This document shows, in pieces, positions 10,610-20,043 of a stretch of DNA of 64,000 nucleotides. A program made the translations under genes and the position numbers. Location: the IMG/VR virus record IMGVR_UViG_3300025141_012845, positions 11,719 to 75,718 of that record. The stretch is one strand, 5' to 3'. The notes under the pieces are model-generated. The model was not told where the DNA came from and made no database searches. It worked only from the letters and a program-made list of their open reading frames with translations. The first letter of the stretch is position 1. Each line of letters starts with the position of its first letter. This stretch comes from a virus.

Positions 10610-13600
10610 TCATTCTGATTCAGATGGCGGCATTTCTGTTTGCATCGCAACATAGGTTGTTGGTGCAGATTTGCTTGTTCCGTTTGAATCTGAATCTCCT
10701 GACTGTTTCGTTTGCATCCCCATATAAGTTGTTGGTGCAGACTTGCTTGTCCCCTTTCCTTGTTCTGTTTGCATTCCCATGTAGGTTGTTGGTGCAGACG
10801 CCTCACTGGTTCCATCTCCAGGATCCTGCATTGAAAACTTAAGACTACTTTGAAGGGTCTTACTAGTAAACTCTGCTTCTGCATCCAGTTTCGCCAACTC
10901 GACAAGCGAAAAGAAGTCATAAGGCCAATTATAACTATAAGTAGGAATTTTGGACTCACCACCAATCTGAAGCTTAAACCCAAATCTGTCGTCATCAGTT
11001 GAGTCTGCTGTCGTAGCGAAATAGTTAAAGTTCGCTCTTTGTTTTACCTTAAATACCATCCATTGTGTTTCGGGTGGAAGTTCTTCGCCAGAAAAGAACT
11101 CGTTTTTAGCCATGACGTGCGAAATCACAACTTCTTCTTTTTCAGCAGTTGTCGATATTTTTGGCGTAAGGTTTTGCCAGATATCGGATAAGTCATCCCT
11201 GTCTAATCTATGAGTAAATTCAAATATATACGCAACGAATGGCTTCACATTCTTGTTGTTTAAAAAGTCTAGGTGTGGAGGGAAAACATATTTCTGCATC
11301 GACTCAACCATATTAGTGATTGATTCTCCAGGAATCTTGTTCTTGCTCTGCAGAATTCCAACTTGCTGTTTAGTTGCGACTCCCAAAACATAGTCAATTT
11401 GAGACTTTAAGACTGGGAAGAACCTTCTTTTCCTCTTCTTTTCTATAAATGGGATCGCTACTATCGCTTCAGATATTAATTTTTCATCAGCAACCTCTCC
11501 AACTCGCTTCTGTTCAGGACTAAACCCGCATACGTCAATTAAAGAACCAGTTGTTGGCTGAACGCCTATGGCATTTAGATCTGCTCCGGTAGATGGAAAG
11601 CTTTCTTTTATTCTCATGAAGATCCCTTCTTGCCCAGTTGGAGCGGAGCCATACGCTCCCCAAATTGATTTTGTTGCGACAGAACTTGTTAAAACATTAA
11701 ACGGTGCTCCAGTGTTCGATGGATCGTACGCAACTTGTGCATCATATAAAGTTCCAACATTTGAAGAGGACACATTAATTGTCGGACATTCAAATTTAGG
11801 ACTTATAACCCAAACATCGTTTGCTGAACTAATTGAATCTTTAATTTTATCTGCTACAAATTTACCATCTGCGGCCTTTTCAACGCCATATTCAATCTCT
11901 TTCAATCTTGTTTTACCAAAGAGGTTTATTGAGGAAGAAACCCTCATTTGAGACAAGCCTGCTGCTGCACTAAGCTCTTTTGACCTTTGAAGAACGTTTG
12001 TCATATATGTATAACTGGATGTAAACAGGGTTTCCACTTTAGCCCCGGCTAGTATTTCATCTAAAGTAAAGGTCTTGCTCTCATTATCCAAAAGGAAGTC
12101 TTTCTTATGTGGGCTGAAGGCTAGTCTAGCAATTGCTGCTCCATAAAAATATGGAGGAGTGTACGGAGCGAATGAAGGGTCGATGTTATTAAACTCCATG
12201 TTCATAGTTACCTGCCCTGCTGGAACAGCGTGAACAGGCATTGTTTTTACAGGGGGTCCATAAATAGCACCCCTATAGTTTGCAAAATATCGGTCGCCAC
12301 CAGCAGAAACACCAAAATCTTTTGCCACGCCTGCAGCAGAATTATAATCTACTTTAAATTGTACATGTGATGGTCCCTCTGATAGTACAAAATTATCCGT
12401 TTTATAAAGCTCAACATCCATATAATAAGTTGTTCCTGAAACCATTGGTTTAAACTTGCTTTCTGGAGCGGACGTAAAAGATTTAAACTTTTGATTTTGA
12501 AGAAAGAAGTTAGGCACTTCTGCTAAGAAGTTGTGCATCGCAAGTGAATATTGTGGCTTACTTTTACCATTCCAATCAAAGAAGATGTGTTGTTGAGATC
12601 CTGAGTGTGGATATAGAAGGCTTATTCTATAATCCGGGAATCCACTGTCTGAGGCTCCTGAAACAGGTATATATCTTTGTGGCTCAACCAGTGCTTCAAA
12701 AGGCATTCTATAATCAAAGATACCCCCTCCTCCAGCAGTATCAACTTGGGGGTCTCCTGCAAAACTAAAAAATGAGAAATGTTCTCCGTCAACTCCATGC
12801 TCTGGAGGGGTTGAGGCCGTAACATTAACAGAGCCCGTACACACCGGCCAGTCCACAGCAATCCCCGATTTTACAGTGTTATACATGATTCCTGGTGCAA
12901 AGAATGGCTGTAATAAAGATTGTAGTTTCTCTGCTTGTTGTGCATCTGGTGTAAGACTGGTTATTTTAGAACCGCCGATGAAAGGTCCGAACGACTGAGA
13001 TAAAAGTCCTCCAAGTTGCACAGTTCTCAAAACGGGATAAAACCCCTGATATGGTAACAGTTTTTTAACACCGTTGCATTTAAGAGTCAGCCTAGAAAGT
13101 CTTGCATTATCAAGATCTTCCGAAACTTCTGCGAAATGTTTCATAAAGTCAGAATGTGAATAAGTTGTAAAGAAGTCCTCATTATAGGATCCCGTACCAG
13201 CCGCATCTGCACTTGCAGATACCTTCGCTCCCTCAAGTGTTAGAAAGCGATTATTGAACGAGAATCCGTTGTCAACGTAGTAGTCCATATGTTCAGAAAT
13301 CCTAAACTCTGGTATGACTGTGTGATCTTGTCCCATTCCTTTTATATCCTGAGCGTAATCGTCATATGAATCATACCAAGGATTTTTACCGGCAAATTCA
13401 CTAGTTCTATAGAAATTATAGTTAAGATTCCAAGATCTATTGTATTCCATTCCCCAAAGTTTAGTTGTGCCAGCATCACTAGACCAATTAACAAAATTTG
13501 GATAGATAAACTGCTGAGATGCCGTCGGGGCTGTTGCCGTAAGATAACCAGCGCCTCGACTTGGTACAGTATCTGAGGTACCTAATGCCGCAGACACATG

Positions 13601-16600
13601 AAGGATCCCTCTAAATCTTTTATTTCCACCTGGATCGCTAAGTTGAGAGAATGCGTCTTTTACAATCGTAAACTCTGTAGGGGCCATCAACTCCCCATTG
13701 ATCCCGTTATAAGTTGATAACTTTGATGTTGAGGTAGAACCAGAAACATAGTACCCATCTAAAGGCCATACACTTAAAGCGGGCGGCTGTACAATGGAGG
13801 CGTCAAGAACGCCGCCTAGTGAAGAAGAATATGCTCCAACATTTAGAACTTGTAATTTATCTGTAGTATTCTTTGCTGTCCCCGAAGTTCTCTTTCTGTC
13901 TGTGACACCGTCTCTCCAGAAAGTTCTTTGATCGCCCAATCGAGAAGAGTCTATTTGCGCCTGCGTCTCTGTATATGAAATTCTTCCTCTTGCTTTTGCC
14001 AAGAATGCGTTTTCCTCTCTAGGGTAAACCGTTTCAGAGTATGTTAACTTGCTGAGTTGTAGTTGGTTTGATGGGCTTTGTATTACCGACTTAAAAGAAT
14101 CATATTGAGTCTTTTTAGCCTTTGCTACTTGATCCAGTCCAAGTTTATAATCTAAAGTATCATCTGGCATAAACTCTAACTCATTTCCAAATGACTGATC
14201 TATTTCTACAGGCTCCTCGCCTGGGATCTCAACTTCAAACTCAACTGGCTTGTATTTATTCGTTACGGAGGTAACCGTAAAGCTTCTTATATCTCTTTTC
14301 AAACGTGGATCATTTGAGTAATTGGTAAGTTCTGGCTTGTTAGGTAAGGCATCTGTTTCTATAATATCAAGAACGTTGTTTTTTCTTTGATATCTTACAA
14401 TAGGGTGACTGTCTTTAATGTTTAATTTCCAACTCGCGCCTTGATATGGGCCGCTTCTATGCTTCATCAAGATGTTAAACCGATTTCCCACTGCAAAAGA
14501 GCCAGCAGAGATTACATCTGAATTTCTGTAATCGACAGAAGAACTTAATGTATTGCTCGCGGTTAAAACGGTATCAACCACAAGAGTGTTGAGACCAACA
14601 GCATCTGAAAATAAATTACCATATTTTGGAAACTTTCCTTCGGAAAAATCGATTGCAGGTTCAAAACCTCCTGCGCCAGAAACCATGCCGTCATAAGACT
14701 TATTAGTCGATGTAAACTCAATTAACTTGTGATTGCTTTTAATCGAGGAAGTTACCCAAGCATATTGCAACTCAGTTCGTGGAATAGCATGATTAACAAA
14801 GTAGTTATTAAATACGGAAGCAGTAATATTTCCAGCAGTAGAGTTTTCTATTCTTCTAATAACGTTTCTGTGTGTCTTATGGTAAGAGGCTGTAGTTTCA
14901 TAGTCTGACGCCCCAACTGTTCCGTATTCACCATCAACGCCGAAACGGCCTGAACGTCTTGAGAGGACCTGTCTTAAGCCGTCATTGTTGGTATGAAAAT
15001 CTGTCTTAACAGAGATATTCATCGGGCCATTGGTATCTGTGGATGCTTGGCTTCCAGAACTGTTCAGAACATTATGGTTTCTGAATGTGTGAACATTGTA
15101 GACTGAAAGCTCTTCTGCTGCTGTATCAAGATATCCTCTCGAACTTACTTCAAAACCTCCTGGTGCGGAGAACCTCTCAACTATTACCTTATTCTGAGTT
15201 GAACGAACTGGAATTGAGAAGTCAAGAGACCCTGTAAAATAGGGTACTTCTGCGGTTGAGGAAGAAATATTGCTTGCATTCAAAGAGAGCCATTTATTGT
15301 TTAATCTTCTTCCTGAAGTTTGCGCAAGTTCATATACATTCTGATAATTACCTATGTTTGTTCCTGGAGAATCCGAAGAAGCGGTTGTCATTTGTATATT
15401 TTCAATGTTTATTGGAGATTTTGTTCCTTTATTAAAGAATGATCTCGGCAAGTTATAGTTTATTGCACCATCTAAATCTGAATCTGCGGGGAAAATTGAG
15501 ATATTTGCTTTATCGCCGCCAGCATAAGTAGACTCTAGATGTGATGCAGATCCTGAAATTCTAAAAAACTCTGGTCTCGTTAATATTGTATCGTTAACGG
15601 AGTCTCCAACAGGCTCTTTTCTGTGTGGTCTTCCGCCAACAAATCTTTCTGTGAAAACGCTCTGTAATGGTTTTTCATATCCGATATCGTAATCTTGGTG
15701 AATGTTTGTTATTTCAACGCCAGAACTATTTGTGTAAAAGGCTGCTATACCTTCTAGAAACTTATTACTCTTAACATTAGTTGCCTTACTTATAACTTCC
15801 GGAAATAATCTGACCTTCGGGTTTTTTGTTGTTGGCTTCTCAAAACCTTTCAGTGTTACGGAACCCGAGACGACTAATATTCTAGTACTTGGCTTGCTAT
15901 CTGAATCAAGACCTCCGAAAATGGTGGCCGGATTTAGCGCGTCGGTTTGTCCTCCTGTATCTGAAGGTTGATTATGGCCCCCTTTGATTATAACTCCCGG
16001 CGACATTTTTAAGTCTACACTGAAATTGTCACCAGCCCCATTGAACACTCCAAGAGTTGATGCGTTACTGAACTTCGCCGCTAGGAAATCGGAGCGTTTA
16101 GAATCTACGGTGCTGTTTCCGCTGGTGTTGCTTTCATCGCTATCGCCAGGATCATGTCTTGAGTGCCAACCGTGTCCATCTGCGTCTCCTGTGTCCTTAT
16201 TGTTGTCTGGACCGGCGTTTCCTTCCCGGTCCTCATTGAATCCAGGAGGTTTAACACCTTCGTCGGTCCACTGTTTTCTCTTACTTAAAAAATCATCCCT
16301 ATCAATCTTAGCTTCTATGTCTGGTGGTAACGCGTCGGCAACAGTTCGAGTTGCCTCTGCATTAGGCACACCATCAAGTCCAATTACGGTGGGTCGACCA
16401 GGTTGATGTTTCTTTGAGATTCTGCTTCTCTGCTCTATCGTTGGATACTTATTCCAATATTTATTTCTTTCTAAGACATGACTCTCAACAACTGTTCTCA
16501 ACCTATCAGAGTGGTCTGCAGAAGCAGGAAACAACTGTTGAAGCATCTCTCCGAGCGAACTATCGAGCCATCTATAATAGGTTACATACTTGTCCAAGTC

Positions 16601-19600
16601 TGGGGTGTTCTTAACTCTTTGGAAAAACAACTCTCTTAGTTTCTCCATATGCTTATAGTTCATTCGGTATCTGTTAACATTCTCACCAATTAAATTGTTA
16701 AAGCCCTTTATGGTTGCAAAGAAGTTTAACATCTCCTCAGAAATACTTTGATACATACTCTTTTCAATTGCAACATAATAGTTTGTTGGTCTAGTCTCTC
16801 TGGTGAAAGTTACATCATCTTGCGTCAGAACATTGACCATGTCTGCGCTGTTGATCATTTCTGGTCCCTTCTGCTCGAAAGAATTCAAATATACAATATC
16901 ATGCGAAGATGTTGAATTTGTTGGGAATTTATCTCCACGAGCGGTGTGTTGATGCTCGATTACGTTCTCTATCCACCCATACCTGCCTGGAACAGGCATT
17001 GTTTCCACTTTCCCATCACTATCAAAAGTTGTATTAGCCGAACCAGACGATGCGTCTGCCACAAAAAACTGTCCCGATGCATTAGAGCCCGTTATTTGAT
17101 TAAAGTTCCAATTAAGAGCCAGTGTCTTAATTTGTGGAACTCTCCTAAATTGGCCCTGTGCGATAGACTCATTTAAGTAAGTTTGCATATCAGCATCTGC
17201 ATTTTCAAACAAATAGGCGCTTTCATATGGATATAATGTTCCATAATTTGAAACATCTTTTGCATGTGCATCAATGACATCATTATTAATATAATCCATC
17301 CATGCTCTAACGGATGACACTTTAACATCAGAACTTTGTTGTATGCTACCTGTAAAATTCTCTCTATGTGCTCCTGCAAAAATCTTTTTTGGAGAACTTA
17401 AAAAGTTGTCTCCTGCTTGATGTGTCATAGTTCCACTTACAAAGAACTTGTGTTGTGCAACGTTAGAAACCATATTCACTCCGTAGAATTCTACATCATA
17501 GTGATTCACAGCAGTCCCCCCATCTGAACTGCCGCTCACAGTATCAGAAAACAGGTGGGTATTCGGCTTGATTCTTACCGCTAAATTCCATTTTAAGTTA
17601 TCATAAAGGTTGTGTATCAAACTGCTTGTTAGTTCTGGAATAAACCCTGCTCCTCTTGAGCCTGTTAACATAAAGAATCCGTTAGCCGAATTTGCTTTAT
17701 CCCTAACGGTGAAGACTTGGAAGTCAACATAGTCAGTGTTGGCACTCGTTGTCCAAGAATGATCAGTTCCGACTCTTGGTCGATGTGCTCCAAAGATCGA
17801 GGATGTTACGTCAGAATAGTCGTGGTATCTTGTTCCTCTTATATCATATTGTTTAGGTAAAACGATCTCACATTCAAATGTTTGCCCCAATCCGTTTTCT
17901 GGGAAGGTATTGCTTGGTGTTGATGCCTCTAGAGATCCAGTGATATATCCTATCGATTGCGGTATGGAACTTGTGTGTTGATATATTACTGCTCCGTGAT
18001 TGTCTGCTCTACTAAAGTCTATACACTTCTTAGCAACCGATCTTTGGACGAATCTATCTTTTAATTCAAAATCTAAATTATTTGCATAGAGATTAATTTT
18101 AATCAATTCGTCATCTACGCCAAAACATCTAATTAAATTTCTGAAGGCATTCTCTGTTCCCTTTGCTTTATAGATCGAAGACAAGTTATTATAAATGTTC
18201 TTGTAAATAAGGTTTTTAACATCGTGAAGATCTTCACTAAACAATCTATCTTCATCTCTCTGTAAGAAGTTCTCTAAAACATCTGCATCTGCAAATATTT
18301 CAGATGTAACAAACCCTCTATGTTCTAATAATTTATCAGCGAAAGGAACCGGCTTGAATATATTACCGCTAACGCTGCTTGTCACATAACTATTTGATTT
18401 TATATCAGTTAAAGATTTAATCTGCAATGATAGGGTGTCGAAATAACTTGCCATTATTTGAGTTAATTTTAATAATTGCTCGCCACCGTCGCTATCCTCT
18501 GATGTTATCCACTCAGGAAAACTATAGTAAATCGAACCAGCATTTCTTTTATCATACTCTCGACCGACATATTTCTTTTCATTTACCAGCGAATCTACGT
18601 CTGGGTGGTAAGAATATATGATTGGATCTTTAAATTCTGTTAAAGATGCGCTCGACTCCACAATGGCCGATCCTGTATTTCTTGAGTTTGCGGAATAACC
18701 TGTCCACTCTCCATTTGAAAGACGGCCAGCATAATCTAAAACAACTGCATCTGTCGCAGTAACTCCCGTTATACCTTCATTAAACTTGAAATACACGCCC
18801 AATTGTGTGTTTGCTTCGTCAATATTGGTGCCAGCACCTACAGGCTGCCTCATATATCTGCCTATCAATTCTGTTGGCCTCTCTACTTTCCAGAACCTAA
18901 ACTCGTCAATAGAGCCTGAGAGCTTTCCATAGCCTCTCATCTTTTGCATGTCTTCGCCATTTGCATAAGTTAACGATTGAGCGGCGTTCGTACCAGAAAC
19001 AGAAGCAACCAGAGACCCTACGGTAGCGACCATTGCTCCACTAACATAGTCAACAGTAGAACCGGTTACTACGGTGTCATCGCATTCGCCATCGACAAAA
19101 AGCTTAATTTCTAAACTCGCTGAATTTGCTTGCTCGGATAGTGCCTTTGGGTGATGAACTTTACCTAAAGATCCCGTAGTTTTTACAGTAATCGCAAAAT
19201 GGTGCCAGTCATCATCAGAAATAAGAGCCTTAGTTGCTGTATCTCCAATGGGAACATAATACGCTCCATTGGTACCAGACATATAGGTTATTCGAAACGG
19301 CTGTGTATCGTCATCTTCTGAAAATTCGACTCTCATTCTCGCATAATCTATACTGGAACTTATGCTGCTAGTTGTATAACAATCAAATATGACCTCGTTT
19401 GTCGCTACATGGCTACCCTCTTTAACGAAATTAATCTTTTTCAACCAGAACTCTACAGTATTTCCTTCTATGCCGCCAATTTTAAGATTTGATTCTCTAT
19501 TTTTGGAAAGATCAAATAAATTTGCTCCGCGAGAACCAGACATACGCTTTTCAATGTCTGGAAATGAGTCTTTTATCGAATCATTATCGGGATCTGGGTT

Positions 19601-20038
19601 CGGCCCTCCTTTAAAAAAGATATATTCTTTTGTACTTGATAAAACGTACTCATAAGCAGTAGAGATGGTTGCGGCTGCAGATCCCCATGACCCTGGTGTA
19701 ATAATTCCATAACCATTTGTTCGAGGATACCAGTTTTCAAATATATGCAAATCAAGATAAGAAGAACTATTCATCCATGCGCTTTTTTCATATCTTGACC
19801 CATCATAAGGATATGTCTTAAACACTCTCTCGATTGAGGCTACATAATATTCTTCTGCAGATCCAAATTTAACAAACTCTTCAGGGTTGGTGTAGTCAAG
19901 CTCTGGTTGAAATCTTGTCTTCTCGTCCAGAGATTCGTTAACAAACCTCTCAGATTCCGCAGTTTTGCCAATCTCATCTAAAGTCTTTGATGTTAAAACT
20001 TTCTTAGGGGGTTCATTAAAAAGATCCTTAATACTCAT
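10610..20038 (-). CDS. Giant (3142 aa) virion protein with LamG/concanavalin A-like domains; baseplate or fibre component
   Basis: LamG signature TVEFWLK...WHHFAITV...LFVDG...GSIDEFRFW; baseplate-wedge-like segment IYKAKGTENAFRNLIRCFG; lies downstream of gp25/gp6. Confidence 0.65.
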   Translation of the reverse strand: MSIKDLFNEPPKKVLTSKTLDEIGKTAESERFVNESLDEKTRFQPELDYTNPEEFVKFGSAEEYYVASIERVFKTYPYDGSRYEKSAWMNSSSYLDLHIFENWYPRTNGYGIITPGSWGSAAATISTAYEYVLSSTKEYIFFKGGPNPDPDNDSIKDSFPDIEKRMSGSRGANLFDLSKNRESNLKIGGIEGNTVEFWLKKINFVKEGSHVATNEVIFDCYTTSSISSSIDYARMRVEFSEDDDTQPFRITYMSGTNGAYYVPIGDTATKALISDDDWHHFAITVKTTGSLGKVHHPKALSEQANSASLEIKLFVDGECDDTVVTGSTVDYVSGAMVATVGSLVASVSGTNAAQSLTYANGEDMQKMRGYGKLSGSIDEFRFWKVERPTELIGRYMRQPVGAGTNIDEANTQLGVYFKFNEGITGVTATDAVVLDYAGRLSNGEWTGYSANSRNTGSAIVESSASLTEFKDPIIYSYHPDVDSLVNEKKYVGREYDKRNAGSIYYSFPEWITSEDSDGGEQLLKLTQIMASYFDTLSLQIKSLTDIKSNSYVTSSVSGNIFKPVPFADKLLEHRGFVTSEIFADADVLENFLQRDEDRLFSEDLHDVKNLIYKNIYNNLSSIYKAKGTENAFRNLIRCFGVDDELIKINLYANNLDFELKDRFVQRSVAKKCIDFSRADNHGAVIYQHTSSIPQSIGYITGSLEASTPSNTFPENGLGQTFECEIVLPKQYDIRGTRYHDYSDVTSSIFGAHRPRVGTDHSWTTSANTDYVDFQVFTVRDKANSANGFFMLTGSRGAGFIPELTSSLIHNLYDNLKWNLAVRIKPNTHLFSDTVSGSSDGGTAVNHYDVEFYGVNMVSNVAQHKFFVSGTMTHQAGDNFLSSPKKIFAGAHRENFTGSIQQSSDVKVSSVRAWMDYINNDVIDAHAKDVSNYGTLYPYESAYLFENADADMQTYLNESIAQGQFRRVPQIKTLALNWNFNQITGSNASGQFFVADASSGSANTTFDSDGKVETMPVPGRYGWIENVIEHQHTARGDKFPTNSTSSHDIVYLNSFEQKGPEMINSADMVNVLTQDDVTFTRETRPTNYYVAIEKSMYQSISEEMLNFFATIKGFNNLIGENVNRYRMNYKHMEKLRELFFQRVKNTPDLDKYVTYYRWLDSSLGEMLQQLFPASADHSDRLRTVVESHVLERNKYWNKYPTIEQRSRISKKHQPGRPTVIGLDGVPNAEATRTVADALPPDIEAKIDRDDFLSKRKQWTDEGVKPPGFNEDREGNAGPDNNKDTGDADGHGWHSRHDPGDSDESNTSGNSTVDSKRSDFLAAKFSNASTLGVFNGAGDNFSVDLKMSPGVIIKGGHNQPSDTGGQTDALNPATIFGGLDSDSKPSTRILVVSGSVTLKGFEKPTTKNPKVRLFPEVISKATNVKSNKFLEGIAAFYTNSSGVEITNIHQDYDIGYEKPLQSVFTERFVGGRPHRKEPVGDSVNDTILTRPEFFRISGSASHLESTYAGGDKANISIFPADSDLDGAINYNLPRSFFNKGTKSPINIENIQMTTASSDSPGTNIGNYQNVYELAQTSGRRLNNKWLSLNASNISSSTAEVPYFTGSLDFSIPVRSTQNKVIVERFSAPGGFEVSSRGYLDTAAEELSVYNVHTFRNHNVLNSSGSQASTDTNGPMNISVKTDFHTNNDGLRQVLSRRSGRFGVDGEYGTVGASDYETTASYHKTHRNVIRRIENSTAGNITASVFNNYFVNHAIPRTELQYAWVTSSIKSNHKLIEFTSTNKSYDGMVSGAGGFEPAIDFSEGKFPKYGNLFSDAVGLNTLVVDTVLTASNTLSSSVDYRNSDVISAGSFAVGNRFNILMKHRSGPYQGASWKLNIKDSHPIVRYQRKNNVLDIIETDALPNKPELTNYSNDPRLKRDIRSFTVTSVTNKYKPVEFEVEIPGEEPVEIDQSFGNELEFMPDDTLDYKLGLDQVAKAKKTQYDSFKSVIQSPSNQLQLSKLTYSETVYPREENAFLAKARGRISYTETQAQIDSSRLGDQRTFWRDGVTDRKRTSGTAKNTTDKLQVLNVGAYSSSLGGVLDASIVQPPALSVWPLDGYYVSGSTSTSKLSTYNGINGELMAPTEFTIVKDAFSQLSDPGGNKRFRGILHVSAALGTSDTVPSRGAGYLTATAPTASQQFIYPNFVNWSSDAGTTKLWGMEYNRSWNLNYNFYRTSEFAGKNPWYDSYDDYAQDIKGMGQDHTVIPEFRISEHMDYYVDNGFSFNNRFLTLEGAKVSASADAAGTGSYNEDFFTTYSHSDFMKHFAEVSEDLDNARLSRLTLKCNGVKKLLPYQGFYPVLRTVQLGGLLSQSFGPFIGGSKITSLTPDAQQAEKLQSLLQPFFAPGIMYNTVKSGIAVDWPVCTGSVNVTASTPPEHGVDGEHFSFFSFAGDPQVDTAGGGGIFDYRMPFEALVEPQRYIPVSGASDSGFPDYRISLLYPHSGSQQHIFFDWNGKSKPQYSLAMHNFLAEVPNFFLQNQKFKSFTSAPESKFKPMVSGTTYYMDVELYKTDNFVLSEGPSHVQFKVDYNSAAGVAKDFGVSAGGDRYFANYRGAIYGPPVKTMPVHAVPAGQVTMNMEFNNIDPSFAPYTPPYFYGAAIARLAFSPHKKDFLLDNESKTFTLDEILAGAKVETLFTSSYTYMTNVLQRSKELSAAAGLSQMRVSSSINLFGKTRLKEIEYGVEKAADGKFVADKIKDSISSANDVWVISPKFECPTINVSSSNVGTLYDAQVAYDPSNTGAPFNVLTSSVATKSIWGAYGSAPTGQEGIFMRIKESFPSTGADLNAIGVQPTTGSLIDVCGFSPEQKRVGEVADEKLISEAIVAIPFIEKKRKRRFFPVLKSQIDYVLGVATKQQVGILQSKNKIPGESITNMVESMQKYVFPPHLDFLNNKNVKPFVAYIFEFTHRLDRDDLSDIWQNLTPKISTTAEKEEVVISHVMAKNEFFSGEELPPETQWMVFKVKQRANFNYFATTADSTDDDRFGFKLQIGGESKIPTYSYNWPYDFFSLVELAKLDAEAEFTSKTLQSSLKFSMQDPGDGTSEASAPTTYMGMQTEQGKGTSKSAPTTYMGMQTKQSGDSDSNGTSKSAPTTYVAMQTEMPPSESE
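10634..10813. repeat. Three imperfect direct repeats encoding SAPTTY(M/V)(G/A)MQT
   Basis: gtttgcat...gttgttggtgcaga occurs at about 10638, 10710 and 10767. Confidence 0.9.
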
Positions 20039-20043
20039 AGCGT

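Noticed and set aside
10634-10813. Direct repeats as a possible CRISPR mini-array
   Set aside because: The repeats are degenerate, in frame within a CDS and vary at synonymous positions. The nearest Cas4-like gene is 45 kb away with no cas1/cas2.
10579-10995. 138-aa alternative-frame ORF with repeats, a possible frameshift product of the giant gene
   Set aside because: Its repeats are simply the other-frame reading of the same DNA repeat. I saw no slippery site or ribosome-binding site.
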